Below are positions 54,775 to 64,000 of a stretch of 64,000 nucleotides of DNA, one piece after another. Source of the stretch: Longimicrobiales bacterium (GTDB lineage: Bacteria; Gemmatimonadota; Gemmatimonadetes; Longimicrobiales; RSA9). Below the pieces are notes generated by a model. It did not search any database. It was not told the origin of the DNA and saw nothing but the letters and a program-made list of their open reading frames with translations. The stretch spans positions 36,944-100,943 of the forward strand of contig DASTYK010000149.1 of the NCBI GenBank assembly GCA_035764935.1, read 5' to 3'. The position numbers and the translations under genes were made by a program. Position 1 is the stretch's first letter, and each line of letters starts with the position of its first letter.

Positions 54775-56882
54775 TCGGCTGCGCCGCCTCCGTTCGCCCC
54801 CGCGTCGTCGGCCAGGGCCGCCTTGCGGGACAGTCGCATCTTACCCTTCTCGTCGATCGAGAGCAGCTTCACGCGGACCGGATCGCCCTTCTTGACGACG
54901 TCCTCGGTCTTGTCGGTGCGGCCCTCCTGCATCTCCGAGATGTGCAGCAGCCCCTCCGTGCCCGGCATGATCTCGACGAACGCGCCGAACGTCGTCGTCG
55001 ACTTCACGATGCCGTCATAGATGCGGCCGACCTCCGGCTCCTGCGTCATCGCAGCAATGCGCTCGCGCGCCTTCTCACCACCGATGCCGGAAACGCTCGC
55101 GATCGTGATCAGGCCGCTGTCGTCGATGCTGATCTTCGCGCCCGTGTCCTCTTCCAGGCCGCGGATGTTCTTGCCCTTCGGGCCGATCACCTCGCCGATC
55201 TTGGACGGGTTGATCTGCATCGTGATGATGCGCGGCGCCCACTCCGACATCTCGGTGCGATGCGTCGTAATCGCCTTGTCCATCTCGTCGAGGATGTGCA
55301 TGCGGCCCTTGCGCGCCCGCTGCAGTGCCTCGCGCATCACTTCGATCGAGATGCCGTCGATCTTGAGGTCCATCTGGATCGACGTCACGCCCGTGCGCGT
55401 CCCGGCCACCTTGAAGTCCATGTCGCCGAGCGCGTCCTCCATGCCGAGGATGTCGGTCAGCACCTCGACGCGGTCGCCCTCCTTGATCAGCCCCATTGCG
55501 ACGCCCGCGCACGCGGCCTTGATCGGCACACCCGCGTCCATCAGCGAGAGCGACGCGCTGCACACCGAAGCCATCGACGAGCTGCCGTTCGACTCCAGCA
55601 CCTCGGACACGACGCGGATCGTGTAGGGGAACTCGTCGAAGGGCGGCAGCAACGGCTGGATGGCCCGTTCGGCCAGCGCACCGTGACCCTGCTCGCGCCG
55701 CGACGTCCCGCGGATCGGCTTCGCCTCACCAGTCGAGAACGGCGGGAAGTTGTAGTGCAGCATGAACGACTTCGTCGTCTCGGACGGGACGTTGATGTTG
55801 TCGATCCGCTGCTCGTCGTCCTGCGTGCCGAGCGTGACCACACCGAGCGACTGGGTCGAGCCGCGTGTGAACAGTGCGCTGCCGTGCGTGCGCGGCAGAA
55901 TGCCGACCTCGCTGCTGATCGGCCGCACCTCGTCCGGCCTGCGGCCGTCGGAGCGCACGCCCTTCTCGATGATCTGGCGCCGCATCGACGCCTTCTCGGA
56001 GAGGTACAGCAGCTCCCTGATCTCGGTCTCCTGCTCCGGGAACTCCTCGGCGAGTGACTCCTGCACCTCGCCGCGGAGCGCAGCCAGCGCCTCGTTGCGC
56101 TCGGCCTTGTCCGCGATCAGCATGGCGTCGGCGATGCGCGCACCTGCCAGCTGCATCACGCGCTCACGCAGCACCTCACCCGGCTCGACCGGCGTCCACT
56201 GCATCTCCGGCTGCTTGACCGGCTCGACGAACTCCCGCTGCAGCGCGCACAGCTCGCGGATGCCCGCGTGCGCCGCCTCGAGGGCGTCAGCAACATCCTC
56301 CTCGCTGATCTCCATCGAGCCGCCTTCGACCATCAGGATGCCGTTCTCCGTGCCGGCGACCACGATGTCGACGTCGCTGTACTCGAGCTGCTGGAACGTC
56401 GGATTCAGCACCCACTGGTCCTGGATGCGCGCGACGCGCACGGCCGCGACCGGGTTCGCGAACGGAATCTTCGACATCAGCAGCGCGGTCGATGCACCCA
56501 GCATCGAGATCACGTCCGGCGCGTTCTCCTGGTCCGCCGACAGCACGTGCACCATGACCTGTGTCTCGTGCATGAAGCCGTCGGGAAACATGGGCCGGAT
56601 CGGTCGGTCGATCAGCCTGGCGGTCAGGATCTCGCCTTCGCCCGGCCGCGCCTCGCGCTTGAAGAAGCCACCCGGGAACTTGCCGGCGGCATACGCGCGC
56701 TCGCGGTACTCGACCGTCAGCGGGAAGAACGGGAGGTGCGTCGGGTTCTCCTGCGCGACTGCGGTTACGAGCGCGACCGTCTCGCCGTACTGAACGAGCA
56801 CCGCACCGTGCGCCTGGCGCGCCATCCGGCCGGTCTCGAGAATCAGCTTCCGGCCGGCAAACGTGCGTTCGATTCTATGCAT
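54771..56882 (-). CDS. pnp: Polyribonucleotide nucleotidyltransferase (PNPase)
   Basis: 703 aa with two RNase PH domains, a KH domain (IGEVIGPKGKNIR) and an S1 domain (GRIYDGIVKSTTTFGAFVEI). Confidence 0.97.
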   Translation of the reverse strand: MHRIERTFAGRKLILETGRMARQAHGAVLVQYGETVALVTAVAQENPTHLPFFPLTVEYRERAYAAGKFPGGFFKREARPGEGEILTARLIDRPIRPMFPDGFMHETQVMVHVLSADQENAPDVISMLGASTALLMSKIPFANPVAAVRVARIQDQWVLNPTFQQLEYSDVDIVVAGTENGILMVEGGSMEISEEDVADALEAAHAGIRELCALQREFVEPVKQPEMQWTPVEPGEVLRERVMQLAGARIADAMLIADKAERNEALAALRGEVQESLAEEFPEQETEIRELLYLSEKASMRRQIIEKGVRSDGRRPDEVRPISSEVGILPRTHGSALFTRGSTQSLGVVTLGTQDDEQRIDNINVPSETTKSFMLHYNFPPFSTGEAKPIRGTSRREQGHGALAERAIQPLLPPFDEFPYTIRVVSEVLESNGSSSMASVCSASLSLMDAGVPIKAACAGVAMGLIKEGDRVEVLTDILGMEDALGDMDFKVAGTRTGVTSIQMDLKIDGISIEVMREALQRARKGRMHILDEMDKAITTHRTEMSEWAPRIITMQINPSKIGEVIGPKGKNIRGLEEDTGAKISIDDSGLITIASVSGIGGEKARERIAAMTQEPEVGRIYDGIVKSTTTFGAFVEIMPGTEGLLHISEMQEGRTDKTEDVVKKGDPVRVKLLSIDEKGKMRLSRKAALADDAGANGGGAAE

Positions 56883-56923
56883 GGTGGTTCCTGTCGGTGG
56901 GATGACACTCCCGGATTGACGGA

Positions 56924-56968
56924 CGCGCAGGCGCGACGAGTCGGCATCCGACCCGTCGCCCCTGCGCG
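56924..56968 (-). promoter_or_regulatory. Long imperfect hairpin in the rpsO-pnp intergenic region (rpsO terminator and/or pnp leader processing site)
   Basis: CGCGCAGG-C-GCGACG-A-GTCGG-CAT-CCGAC-C-CGTCGC-C-CCTGCGCG: 19 paired positions with two symmetric mismatches. It lies 29 nt after the rpsO stop and 42 nt before the pnp ATG. Confidence 0.45.
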
Positions 56969-56996
56969 TTGAACTCCTGAGGCATTCGGCCCGGCA

Positions 56997-57257
56997 TCAA
57001 TGCCGGAGCCCCAGGTCCTCGATGAGGGAGCGATACCGCTCGAGATCCTGACGCTTCAGGTATTCGAGCAGCCGACGCCGACGACCCACCATCTTGAGCA
57101 GGCCGCGTCGGCTGTGATGATCCTTGTGGTGCTTCCGGAAGTGGTCCGTCAGCTCGTTGATCCGGGTCGTGAGCAGTGCGATCTGGACGGGCGCGCTGCC
57201 CCGGTCTTCCGGGTGCAACTGGTACTTCCTGATTACTTCGTCCTTGTTGAACCCCAT
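56997..57257 (-). CDS. rpsO: 30S ribosomal protein S15
   Basis: 86 aa: [48 protein letters not shown]. Confidence 0.95.
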   Translation of the reverse strand: MGFNKDEVIRKYQLHPEDRGSAPVQIALLTTRINELTDHFRKHHKDHHSRRGLLKMVGRRRRLLEYLKRQDLERYRSLIEDLGLRH

Positions 57258-57316
57258 TTGGGTTCCGCCTCCGCGAGAGTCTACGCTGGTCGGGAAGCCA
57301 TTCCCTTGCTAGCCCT

Positions 57317-58264
57317 TCAGGCTAGCGCAATCTCCCTGCTGCCGCAAGCGCCTGCGCCCTCCCGGAGCACCTCGCGCGCGGTCCGCACGTCCTCGTTCAT
57401 CGCTTCGACGAGCGCCTCTGCACTCGGGAACCGCTCCACGCCCCGCAGCCGGGCGCACAGGTCCACGCGCAGGTGCCGGCCGTACAGGTCGCCACTCCAG
57501 TCCAGCAGGTGCAGTTCGATGGTCGGCGCGGCGCCGACGAAGGTAGGCCGTGAGCCCACGTGGAGCACGCCGTCGATCGTGCCTTCGCGCAGCACCGCCC
57601 GCGCCACGTAGATGCCCTCGGCCGGGACGAGCTTGGTGGGGTCGTTCAGCTCGAGGTTGGCGGTCGGAAAGCCGAGCTGGCGGCCGCGCCCGTCGCCGCG
57701 GACGACGGTGCCGCGGATGCTGTAGGGGCGGCCGAGCCCGTCCGCCGCGGCAAGGACATCGCCCGCGGCGACTGCGCGCCGGATCCGCGTCGAGCTGATC
57801 GGCGCAGTACCCGCTTCCACCGGCTCTACCACCTCGACACTGAAGCCGAACCGCTCACCGGCGGCGCGCAGCGTGGATACGTCGCCCTTGCGGCCGCGGC
57901 CGAAGCCGTGGTCGTAGCCGATGACCAGGTGACTCAGCCCGAAGCGGCCGACCAGGATCTCCTCGACGAAGCGGTCCGGCTCGTAGGCGGCGAGCGCGCG
58001 ATCGAAGCGGAGAAAGACAGCGTACGTGAGCCCCGACTCGGCGAGGATCTCCATCTTCTCGACGGGCGTGGTGAGCAGCGGCGGGGCTGCGTCCGGCCGC
58101 ACGATCCGCAGCGGATGGGGGTCGAAGGTGACGAGCACGCTCGGCCGGTCGCGTTCCCGCGCCCGCTGCACGACCCGCTGCAGCAGTTCCCAGTGACCGC
58201 GATGCACGCCGTCGAACGTGCCGACGGTGAGCACTGCGCCCGAGCGGGCGAGCGGCGTGCTCAT
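57317..58264 (-). CDS. ribF: Bifunctional riboflavin kinase / FAD synthetase
   Basis: I prefer the ATG at 58264 (MSTPLARSGAVLTVGTFDGVHRGHWELL), which overlaps the truB stop. The C-terminal riboflavin kinase part has GRQLGFPTANL and the PTFxx...E-type motifs. Confidence 0.9.
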   Translation of the reverse strand: MSTPLARSGAVLTVGTFDGVHRGHWELLQRVVQRARERDRPSVLVTFDPHPLRIVRPDAAPPLLTTPVEKMEILAESGLTYAVFLRFDRALAAYEPDRFVEEILVGRFGLSHLVIGYDHGFGRGRKGDVSTLRAAGERFGFSVEVVEPVEAGTAPISSTRIRRAVAAGDVLAAADGLGRPYSIRGTVVRGDGRGRQLGFPTANLELNDPTKLVPAEGIYVARAVLREGTIDGVLHVGSRPTFVGAAPTIELHLLDWSGDLYGRHLRVDLCARLRGVERFPSAEALVEAMNEDVRTAREVLREGAGACGSREIALA

Positions 58265-59142
58265 ACGAAGACCTTGTTCGGCTCCAGGCGCCCCCCGGCC
58301 GCGCGGCCGATGGCGAGAAGCCGATCGTCGTGCAGCACCACGATGGTCTGCGCATCGGGCAGGGCGCATGAGACCGGGCGCCCGTGCGTCAGGTGGCGCG
58401 CATCCTCCTCGTCCACGCTCAGCCGCGGAAACGTGGCGAGCGCCGCGGCAGGCGCGATCAGCACGCTGGCAACGGCAACGGGATCATCGAGCCGGTCTGT
58501 GGCCAGAGCATCGGCGACACTGTGCGGGCCGATCGCGGTGCGCCGCAGGGCAGTCAGGTGCCCGAGCGTCCCCAGTCGCTCCGCGACGTCGCGGCCGATC
58601 GAGCGGATGTACGTGCCACTGGAGCAGCGCACGTGAAACGTGATCTCCGGCAGGGCGATCGCGATGACCTCGATCGCATGGACCTCGATGTCGACGTCGG
58701 GCAGCTCCACGATTTCCCCGCGCCGCGCGAGCCGGTGCGCGCGCTCGCCCGCGATCTTCTTCGCCGAATACGCCGGCGGCCGCTGTGGCCGTCGCCCCGC
58801 TTCCGCCGCGAACGCGGCGCGGATCGTCGCGTCGTCCAGCGTGCGCCACGCATCACTCTCGGCCACCACGCTGCCGGTCGCATCGTCCGTGTCGGTGGCG
58901 GCGCCGAGGCGCATCGTCGCGCGGTACGCCTTGGGCATGTCCGTCAGGTACTCGGCGATGCGCGTGGCGCGGCCGACGCACAGCAGCAGCAGCCCGGACG
59001 CGAACGGATCGAGCGTGCCCGTGTGTCCGATGCGCCGCTCACCGAGCGCGCGCCGCGCCTGCGCGACGACGTCGTGCGACGTCGGGCCGGCAGGCTTGTC
59101 GACCGGGAGCACGCCCTCGAGCGAGTCACGCCGTTTCGTCAT
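58261..59142 (-). CDS. truB: tRNA pseudouridine(55) synthase
   Basis: I prefer the ATG at 59142 (MTKRRDSLEGVLPVDKPAGPTSHDVV). Catalytic-Asp motif HTGTLDPFASGLL; a PUA-like C-terminus. Confidence 0.9.
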   Translation of the reverse strand: MTKRRDSLEGVLPVDKPAGPTSHDVVAQARRALGERRIGHTGTLDPFASGLLLLCVGRATRIAEYLTDMPKAYRATMRLGAATDTDDATGSVVAESDAWRTLDDATIRAAFAAEAGRRPQRPPAYSAKKIAGERAHRLARRGEIVELPDVDIEVHAIEVIAIALPEITFHVRCSSGTYIRSIGRDVAERLGTLGHLTALRRTAIGPHSVADALATDRLDDPVAVASVLIAPAAALATFPRLSVDEEDARHLTHGRPVSCALPDAQTIVVLHDDRLLAIGRAAGGRLEPNKVFV

Positions 59143-59503
59143 CCGCCTCCGACGGCCCCAGCTCCCGCATCGCCTCGCCCAGCAGCTTCTCGATGCGCTG
59201 CGCGTGCGCGAGCGTGTCGTCCCACGTGAAATGCAGCTCCGGTGCACGGCGGATGTGCAGCCGCCGCCCGATCTCCCCGCGGATGAACGGCTCGGCGACG
59301 TCGAGCCCCTCGAGCGTGCTCTCGCGCGCGGTCGGATCGATCGCGGTGACGTACACCCTGGCGTGATACAGGTCCGGTGAGACCTCGACGTGCGTGACCG
59401 TCACCAGGCCGACACGCGGATCGCGCACCTGGTTCTGCAGTATGTCCATCAGCTCCCGCCGGAACTGCTCATTCAGTCGTTCGACCCGGCGTCGTCCTGC
59501 CAT
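59126..59503 (-). CDS. rbfA: Ribosome-binding factor A
   Basis: I prefer the ATG at 59503 (MAGRRRVERLNEQFRRELMDILQNQVRDPRVGLVTVTHVEVSPDLYHARVYV). About 125 aa. Confidence 0.85.
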   Translation of the reverse strand: MAGRRRVERLNEQFRRELMDILQNQVRDPRVGLVTVTHVEVSPDLYHARVYVTAIDPTARESTLEGLDVAEPFIRGEIGRRLHIRRAPELHFTWDDTLAHAQRIEKLLGEAMRELGPSEADDETA

Positions 59504-59588
59504 GATCACTCCATTTCCACGATACGTGCTCCGCCCTGCGCACGGTGGCGCGCATCGACCGCGACGTCTCCTGCGCGGCCGCTGCACC

Positions 59589-59870
59589 TCATGCGAAGCG
59601 GCGCTCCACCGAGATGATGCGCGCGCGGTACTCGCGGGCAACGAGTGCGTGCGCATTCTCCAGCACCGAATCCGCCTGCCCGCCATCCGTCGCCGCGACG
59701 CACGCGGTCAGCTCCGCACGCTGCCACAGATCCTGGTGTGCGGTTTCCGCGACGGAAACATTGAACCGGTCGTGCAGCTTCGTCTTGAGACTCTTGATGA
59801 CGCTCCGCTTTTCCTTGAGCGACTGGCAGCCGATCACCTCCAGCTGCCAGGTCACGACGCCGATGACCAT
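59589..59870 (-). CDS. DUF503 (YlxP-like) protein
   Basis: 93 aa from ATG 59870 (MVIGVVTWQLEVIGCQSLKEKRSVIKSLKTKLHDRFNVSVAE). It holds the usual position between infB and rbfA. The 272-aa track ORF is an extension that overlaps infB. Confidence 0.7.
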   Translation of the reverse strand: MVIGVVTWQLEVIGCQSLKEKRSVIKSLKTKLHDRFNVSVAETAHQDLWQRAELTACVAATDGGQADSVLENAHALVAREYRARIISVERRFA

Positions 59871-59976
59871 ACGCCTTCCCGTGCACCCGTCAATGTCTGC
59901 CGCGCCCGGGCGGTGGAAACGCAAACGGGGGACCGGCACAGGCCGGCCCCCCGAAAGACGTGTCTGACCTGCTGGT

Positions 59977-62763
59977 TCACGACTCGTTCGACGCCGATCC
60001 CGCCAGTGTGCGTGCGACCGATTCGATGCGGAAGCACTCGATGTGGTCGCCGACCTTGAGGTCGTTGTACCCATTGACGTTGAGACCGCACTCGAAACCT
60101 TCGCGTACCTCGCGGACATCGTCCTTGAAGCGCTTGAGGCTGCCCAGCTCGCCCTCGTACACCTGCACACCGTCGCGCACCACCCGCACGCGGCCGCGTC
60201 GGTCGATCGTGCCCTCCGTGACGTAGCAGCCCGCCACCGTGCCGACGCGCGGCACCTTGAAGAGCTGACGCACCTCTGCGACGCCGAGAAGGACTTCCTT
60301 CTCCTCGGGCGTGAGCATGCCCTCGAGCGCGTTGCGAACGTCCTCGACCGCCTCGTAGATGATGCTGTACAGGCGGATGTCCACGCCCTCGCGGCCTGCC
60401 GTTGCACGGGCTTCGCTGGTCGGCCGCACGTGGAACCCGATCACGATGGCGCCCGCCGTCGTTGCGAGCAGCACGTCCGACTCGTTGATCGCGCCGACGC
60501 CGCGGTGGATCACCTCGACCTGCACTTCGCTGGTCGAGAGCTGGCCGAGCGCGTCGCTCAGTGCCTGCACCGAGCCGTCCACGTCGCCCTTGATGATCAG
60601 GTTGAGCGTGGCCGTCTCGCCCTGTGCGAGCAGCTTGCTGATGTCGGTCAGCTTGACGCCGCGGCTCTTGATGCGGAGCTGCTTCTCACGGTCCAGCCGC
60701 TGACGCGTATTCGCGATCTCGCTCGCACGATCCGCTTCCATCCCGACGAGCATGTCGCCCGCCTGCGGCACCCCTGCGATGCCGAGCACCTGGACCGGCG
60801 TGCTGGGACCCGCGGCCTCGACCGTCTTGCCACGCTCGTCGAGCAGCGCGCGTACGCGGCCGTCGTAGTGGCCGCACACGAACGAGTCACCGACGCGCAG
60901 CGTGCCGTTGGTGACGAGCACGGTTGCGACCGGTCCCTTGCCGACGTCCAGCTGGGCCTCGACCACCGTGCCCTGCGCCGGACGGTCCGGGTTCGCCTTG
61001 AGGTCGAGCATCTCCGCCTGCAGCAGCACCTTCTCGAGCAGCTCGTCGACGCCGAGCCCCTTCTTGGCGCTGACCTCTGCAGCGAGCACGTCGCCGCCGT
61101 ACTCCTCGACCACGACACCGTGCTGCAGCAGGTCCTGCTTGATGCGGTTCGGATCCGCACCCGGCAGGTCGACCTTGTTGATGGCGACGACGATCGGCAC
61201 ACCCGCGTTCCGGGCGTGGCTGATCGCCTCCTTGGTCTGCGGCATGACGCTGTCATCGGCAGCGACGACCAGGATCACGAGGTCCGTGATCTCCGCACCA
61301 CGCGCACGCATGGCCGTGAACGCGGCGTGGCCGGGGGTATCGAGGAACGCGACCGAGCGGCCGTCGTTCAGCCCGACCATGTACGCACCGATGTGCTGCG
61401 TGATGCCGCCGGACTCGCCCGCGACGACGTTCGTGCGCCGGATGTAGTCGAGCAGCGACGTCTTGCCGTGGTCGACGTGACCCATGACCGTGATGACCGG
61501 CGGCCGCGGCTGCAGATCCTCTGCCGCATCCGTTTCGGTCTCCTCGATCATGTCGCCGCCGTACTCCTCCTCGCGGACGGCACGGAAGCCGAACTCGTCG
61601 AGCAGCAGCTCGATCTGGTCGAAGTCGAGCCGCTGGTTGATCGTCACCATCAGCCCGAGGTTCTTGAATGCGCTCGCGACGATCTGCGTCGCCGGCACGT
61701 CGATCAGCTCCGCGAGCTCCGAGACCGTCAGGAACTCGTTCACACGGACCGTCTCCGCTTCCTCGGCAGCCTTGCGCTGACGCTGCGCCTCCGCCTCGAC
61801 GCGGCTCGGTGCCTCCTCACGGCGGTGACGGCGCTTGCGCCCGCTGCCCTTCAGCTCGGCCATGACGCGCGAGATGTTCTCCTGCACCGCCGCCTCGTCG
61901 ACGCGCCGCGACTTCTTCTTCTTCTTGTCCTTGGCCTTGCGCCGGCCGTCGGGCGTGAAGCCCTCGGCCTGGATGCGCACCTGGCCACCCGGTCCGGCGC
62001 TGGCAGCAGGCGCCGGTGTGGCGGGCCGCTGCTGCTGCGGCTGGGCTGGCGGCGTGCGCTTGAGCACGTCCGCGGCGCGCCGCAGGCGCGGCCGCTGCTC
62101 CGGTGTCGGCACGCGCGGGGCGCGCTCCTCCGCAGGCGGTGCGGCAGGCTTCGCCTCGGTTCGTGCGACGGGCTCCGTCGGCCGCTCCAGCTCGGCCGGT
62201 GACGGCGCAGGCGGCTCCGCCGCCCGTACCTCTTCCACCGCCTCCACGTCCGCCTCGACCCGCTCGGCCTCGACTTCCTCGAGCGCCTCCGCAGCGACGT
62301 CCTCGCCCTGCGCCTCGGCGGCTTCGGCCGCCTCGGCCGCGATCGCCTCGGCCGCATCGGCCGCCGGCGAAGCGCTCTCCGGGTGGGCGACGATCTCCTC
62401 CGGCTCGCGGTCCTCGAGGAACGGGGACCTGCGGACTGCCGGTGCGACGACCTCGGGCTCCGGCTCCTCCGCCTCCTCCTCCGCGCCACGCGCGGCTTCC
62501 TCTTCGGCGCGCGCGGCCTCGACGTCGGCCTTGCGGCGACGCCGACGACGCGTCGGCGTCGCGTCCTCCATCACCGCATCGATCGCCTCTTCCTCGACAT
62601 GGCCTGCACGGCGCTCGCGCTCCATGCGGGCGCGCAGCTTCGCAACGGTCGCGTCGTCGACGGTGGAGGCCTCGCTCCGTACCGATGCGCCGAGACCCCG
62701 CAGAAGCTGGATCAGCTTCTCGGGCTCGATCTTGAATTCTCTTGCTACTTCATAGACGCGCAT
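59977..62763 (-). CDS. infB: Translation initiation factor IF-2
   Basis: ATG at 62763 (MRVYEVAREFKIEPEKLIQLL), an acidic/Ala/Pro-rich linker, a G domain (VITVMGHVDHGKTSLLD, DTPGH, NKVD), and C-terminal domains. Confidence 0.97.
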   Translation of the reverse strand: MRVYEVAREFKIEPEKLIQLLRGLGASVRSEASTVDDATVAKLRARMERERRAGHVEEEAIDAVMEDATPTRRRRRRKADVEAARAEEEAARGAEEEAEEPEPEVVAPAVRRSPFLEDREPEEIVAHPESASPAADAAEAIAAEAAEAAEAQGEDVAAEALEEVEAERVEADVEAVEEVRAAEPPAPSPAELERPTEPVARTEAKPAAPPAEERAPRVPTPEQRPRLRRAADVLKRTPPAQPQQQRPATPAPAASAGPGGQVRIQAEGFTPDGRRKAKDKKKKKSRRVDEAAVQENISRVMAELKGSGRKRRHRREEAPSRVEAEAQRQRKAAEEAETVRVNEFLTVSELAELIDVPATQIVASAFKNLGLMVTINQRLDFDQIELLLDEFGFRAVREEEYGGDMIEETETDAAEDLQPRPPVITVMGHVDHGKTSLLDYIRRTNVVAGESGGITQHIGAYMVGLNDGRSVAFLDTPGHAAFTAMRARGAEITDLVILVVAADDSVMPQTKEAISHARNAGVPIVVAINKVDLPGADPNRIKQDLLQHGVVVEEYGGDVLAAEVSAKKGLGVDELLEKVLLQAEMLDLKANPDRPAQGTVVEAQLDVGKGPVATVLVTNGTLRVGDSFVCGHYDGRVRALLDERGKTVEAAGPSTPVQVLGIAGVPQAGDMLVGMEADRASEIANTRQRLDREKQLRIKSRGVKLTDISKLLAQGETATLNLIIKGDVDGSVQALSDALGQLSTSEVQVEVIHRGVGAINESDVLLATTAGAIVIGFHVRPTSEARATAGREGVDIRLYSIIYEAVEDVRNALEGMLTPEEKEVLLGVAEVRQLFKVPRVGTVAGCYVTEGTIDRRGRVRVVRDGVQVYEGELGSLKRFKDDVREVREGFECGLNVNGYNDLKVGDHIECFRIESVARTLAGSASNES

Positions 62764-62814
62764 CACCACCACCTTGACGAATGCTGCTCGTACGTTCCTG
62801 CCACGTCGTTCCTT

Positions 62815-63126
62815 CTACTCCGCTTTCAGCAACTGCTCCAGCTTGCGCGCCAGCCCGGCATCCGTGATACCGAGCGCGCTCGCGGGCGGGCGACCGACTG
62901 CCCCGCCGAGCACTGCCCGCGTCGCAACCTCCCGGTGCGGGACCGACCGCGACGTCAGCAGTGGAATCAGCTTGTCACGCGTGTTCGCGCTGATGTCATC
63001 AGCCACGAGGACGAAATGCAGTGCGCCCGCGCGCGCTGCCTCCCGGACCCGCTCCGTCCCCGAAAGCACCGCGCCTGCCCGGGCCGCGAGGCCGAGCAGG
63101 CGCAGCACCGGCTCAGTCGCGCCCAT
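62815..63126 (-). CDS. L7Ae/L30e-family RNA-binding protein (YlxQ-like)
   Basis: I prefer the ATG at 63126 (MGATEPVLRLLGLAARAGAVLSGTERVREAARAGALHFVLVADDIS). It holds the usual position between nusA and infB and overlaps the nusA stop by 14 nt. Confidence 0.7.
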   Translation of the reverse strand: MGATEPVLRLLGLAARAGAVLSGTERVREAARAGALHFVLVADDISANTRDKLIPLLTSRSVPHREVATRAVLGGAVGRPPASALGITDAGLARKLEQLLKAE

Positions 63127-64000
63127 CCTCCGCGTCATCGACCTTCGAGGCCGGCGTGGACTCCGTGCGCGTACGCTCCGGCAGCGGCAGACCGAGGATG
63201 TCCGCGGCGAACTCACGGGCTTCGGCCAGCTCCTCCTCCGACGGCCCGCCCTCCGCCTGCGTGCTCTCCTCGCCTGCGTCCTCGACCGTCAGCGACTCGA
63301 TCAACCGGAGCACGTCGTCCGCATCCTCTGCCGTGATACCGGAAATGCGGAGCAGATCGTCACGCTCCAGGTCGATGATGTCGAGAAAGCTAGTATACCC
63401 GGCCGCTTCCAGTGCCGCCAGCGTGGTGACGGGCAGGTCCAGCTCACGGATCGGGAAGTCTGCGACTTCGTACTCCGGCTCACCGCCGCCGAACAGCGCA
63501 GCATCCGCGCCCCGCTCCAGCCACTCGCGGCTGCCGTACAGGTCGATCTGCCAGCCGATGAGCTGGCTTGCGAGCCGCACGTTCTGACCGTTGCGGCCGA
63601 TCGCGAGCGACAGCTGGTCCTCGTCGACGATTGCCGTGATGACGCGGCGCGTCGAATCGCTCAGCACCTTGGCGACCTTGGCCGGAGCCAGCGCACGGCG
63701 TGCGTAGATCTCCGGGTCGGGGTGCCATGGCACGATGTCGATGCGCTCGCCGCCCAGCTCGCTCACGACCGCCTGCACGCGCGAGCCCTTGAGCCCGACG
63801 CACGCACCGACCGGATCGATCGATTCGTCGCGCGACGTCACCGCGAGCTTGGTCCGACCGCCCACCTCGCGCGCGATGCCCTTGATGTCCACGATGCCCT
63901 GGTAGATCTCCGGCACCTCCAGCTTGAACAGCGCTGCCACGAACTCCGGCGCGGCACGCGACAGGATCAGGCGGGGACCCTTGGGCGTCTCCTCGACCTT
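63113..64000 (-). CDS. nusA: Transcription termination/antitermination factor NusA, partial (N-terminus off the right edge)
   Basis: The frame is open to base 64000. KH domains (GACVGLKGSRVQAVVSELGGERIDIV; LSLAIGRNGQNVRLASQLIGWQIDL), a helix-hairpin-helix-like region, and an acidic tail. Confidence 0.9.
   Translation of the reverse strand, partial: KVEETPKGPRLILSRAAPEFVAALFKLEVPEIYQGIVDIKGIAREVGGRTKLAVTSRDESIDPVGACVGLKGSRVQAVVSELGGERIDIVPWHPDPEIYARRALAPAKVAKVLSDSTRRVITAIVDEDQLSLAIGRNGQNVRLASQLIGWQIDLYGSREWLERGADAALFGGGEPEYEVADFPIRELDLPVTTLAALEAAGYTSFLDIIDLERDDLLRISGITAEDADDVLRLIESLTVEDAGEESTQAEGGPSEEELAEAREFAADILGLPLPERTRTESTPASKVDDAEDGRD

Noticed and set aside
57308-57326. Short hairpin GCTAGCC-CTTCA-GGCTAGC spanning the ribF stop codon, considered as a terminator.
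   Set aside because: The stem is only 7 bp and lies partly within coding sequence, with no supporting U-tract. That is too weak to call, though it could contribute to ribF/rpsO transcript separation.

Overview
Very GC-rich bacterial chromosomal window (by eye roughly two-thirds to 70 percent G+C, not computed). Gene content suggests Gemmatimonadota or a similar lineage, but that is a guess. It is densely packed and almost entirely housekeeping. I support about 58 CDS, one tRNA-Ser(UGA), and several hairpins or operators. I see no rRNA, CRISPR array, transposase, integrase or prophage signal. All but three CDS lie on the minus strand, and many are joined by 4-nt ATGA/GTGA/TTGA stop-start overlaps. 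Recognisable blocks, left to right: (1) a TetR-controlled tripartite RND efflux operon, with the RND pump truncated at the left edge; (2) purH-purN-MBL hydrolase-nadA; (3) erpA, then gmhB-selA-Ig-like lipoprotein-valS; (4) a 9-gene array containing a JAB(JAMM)-DinG helicase fusion and a four-gene envelope cluster of unknown function; (5) trxA, mce, clpB and an M14 peptidase; (6) an 11-gene array, mreB-mreC-mreD-rodA-accD-folC-hisS-small TM-proS-lysA-guaA; (7) dut, ald, and the classical nusA-(L7Ae)-infB-DUF503-rbfA-truB-ribF-rpsO-pnp-M16 block, with nusA truncated at the right edge. The most interesting candidates are the envelope cluster at 23.6-31.2 kb (DUF4159-like, a 1268-aa DUF4175-like giant with coiled coil and a Q/G tract, a TPR protein, and a secreted 419-aa protein), the JAB-DinG fusion, and selA in an unusual context. 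The many long plus-strand ORFs in the supplied track are antisense artefacts of high GC. All family assignments come from reading motifs by eye; no searches were run.
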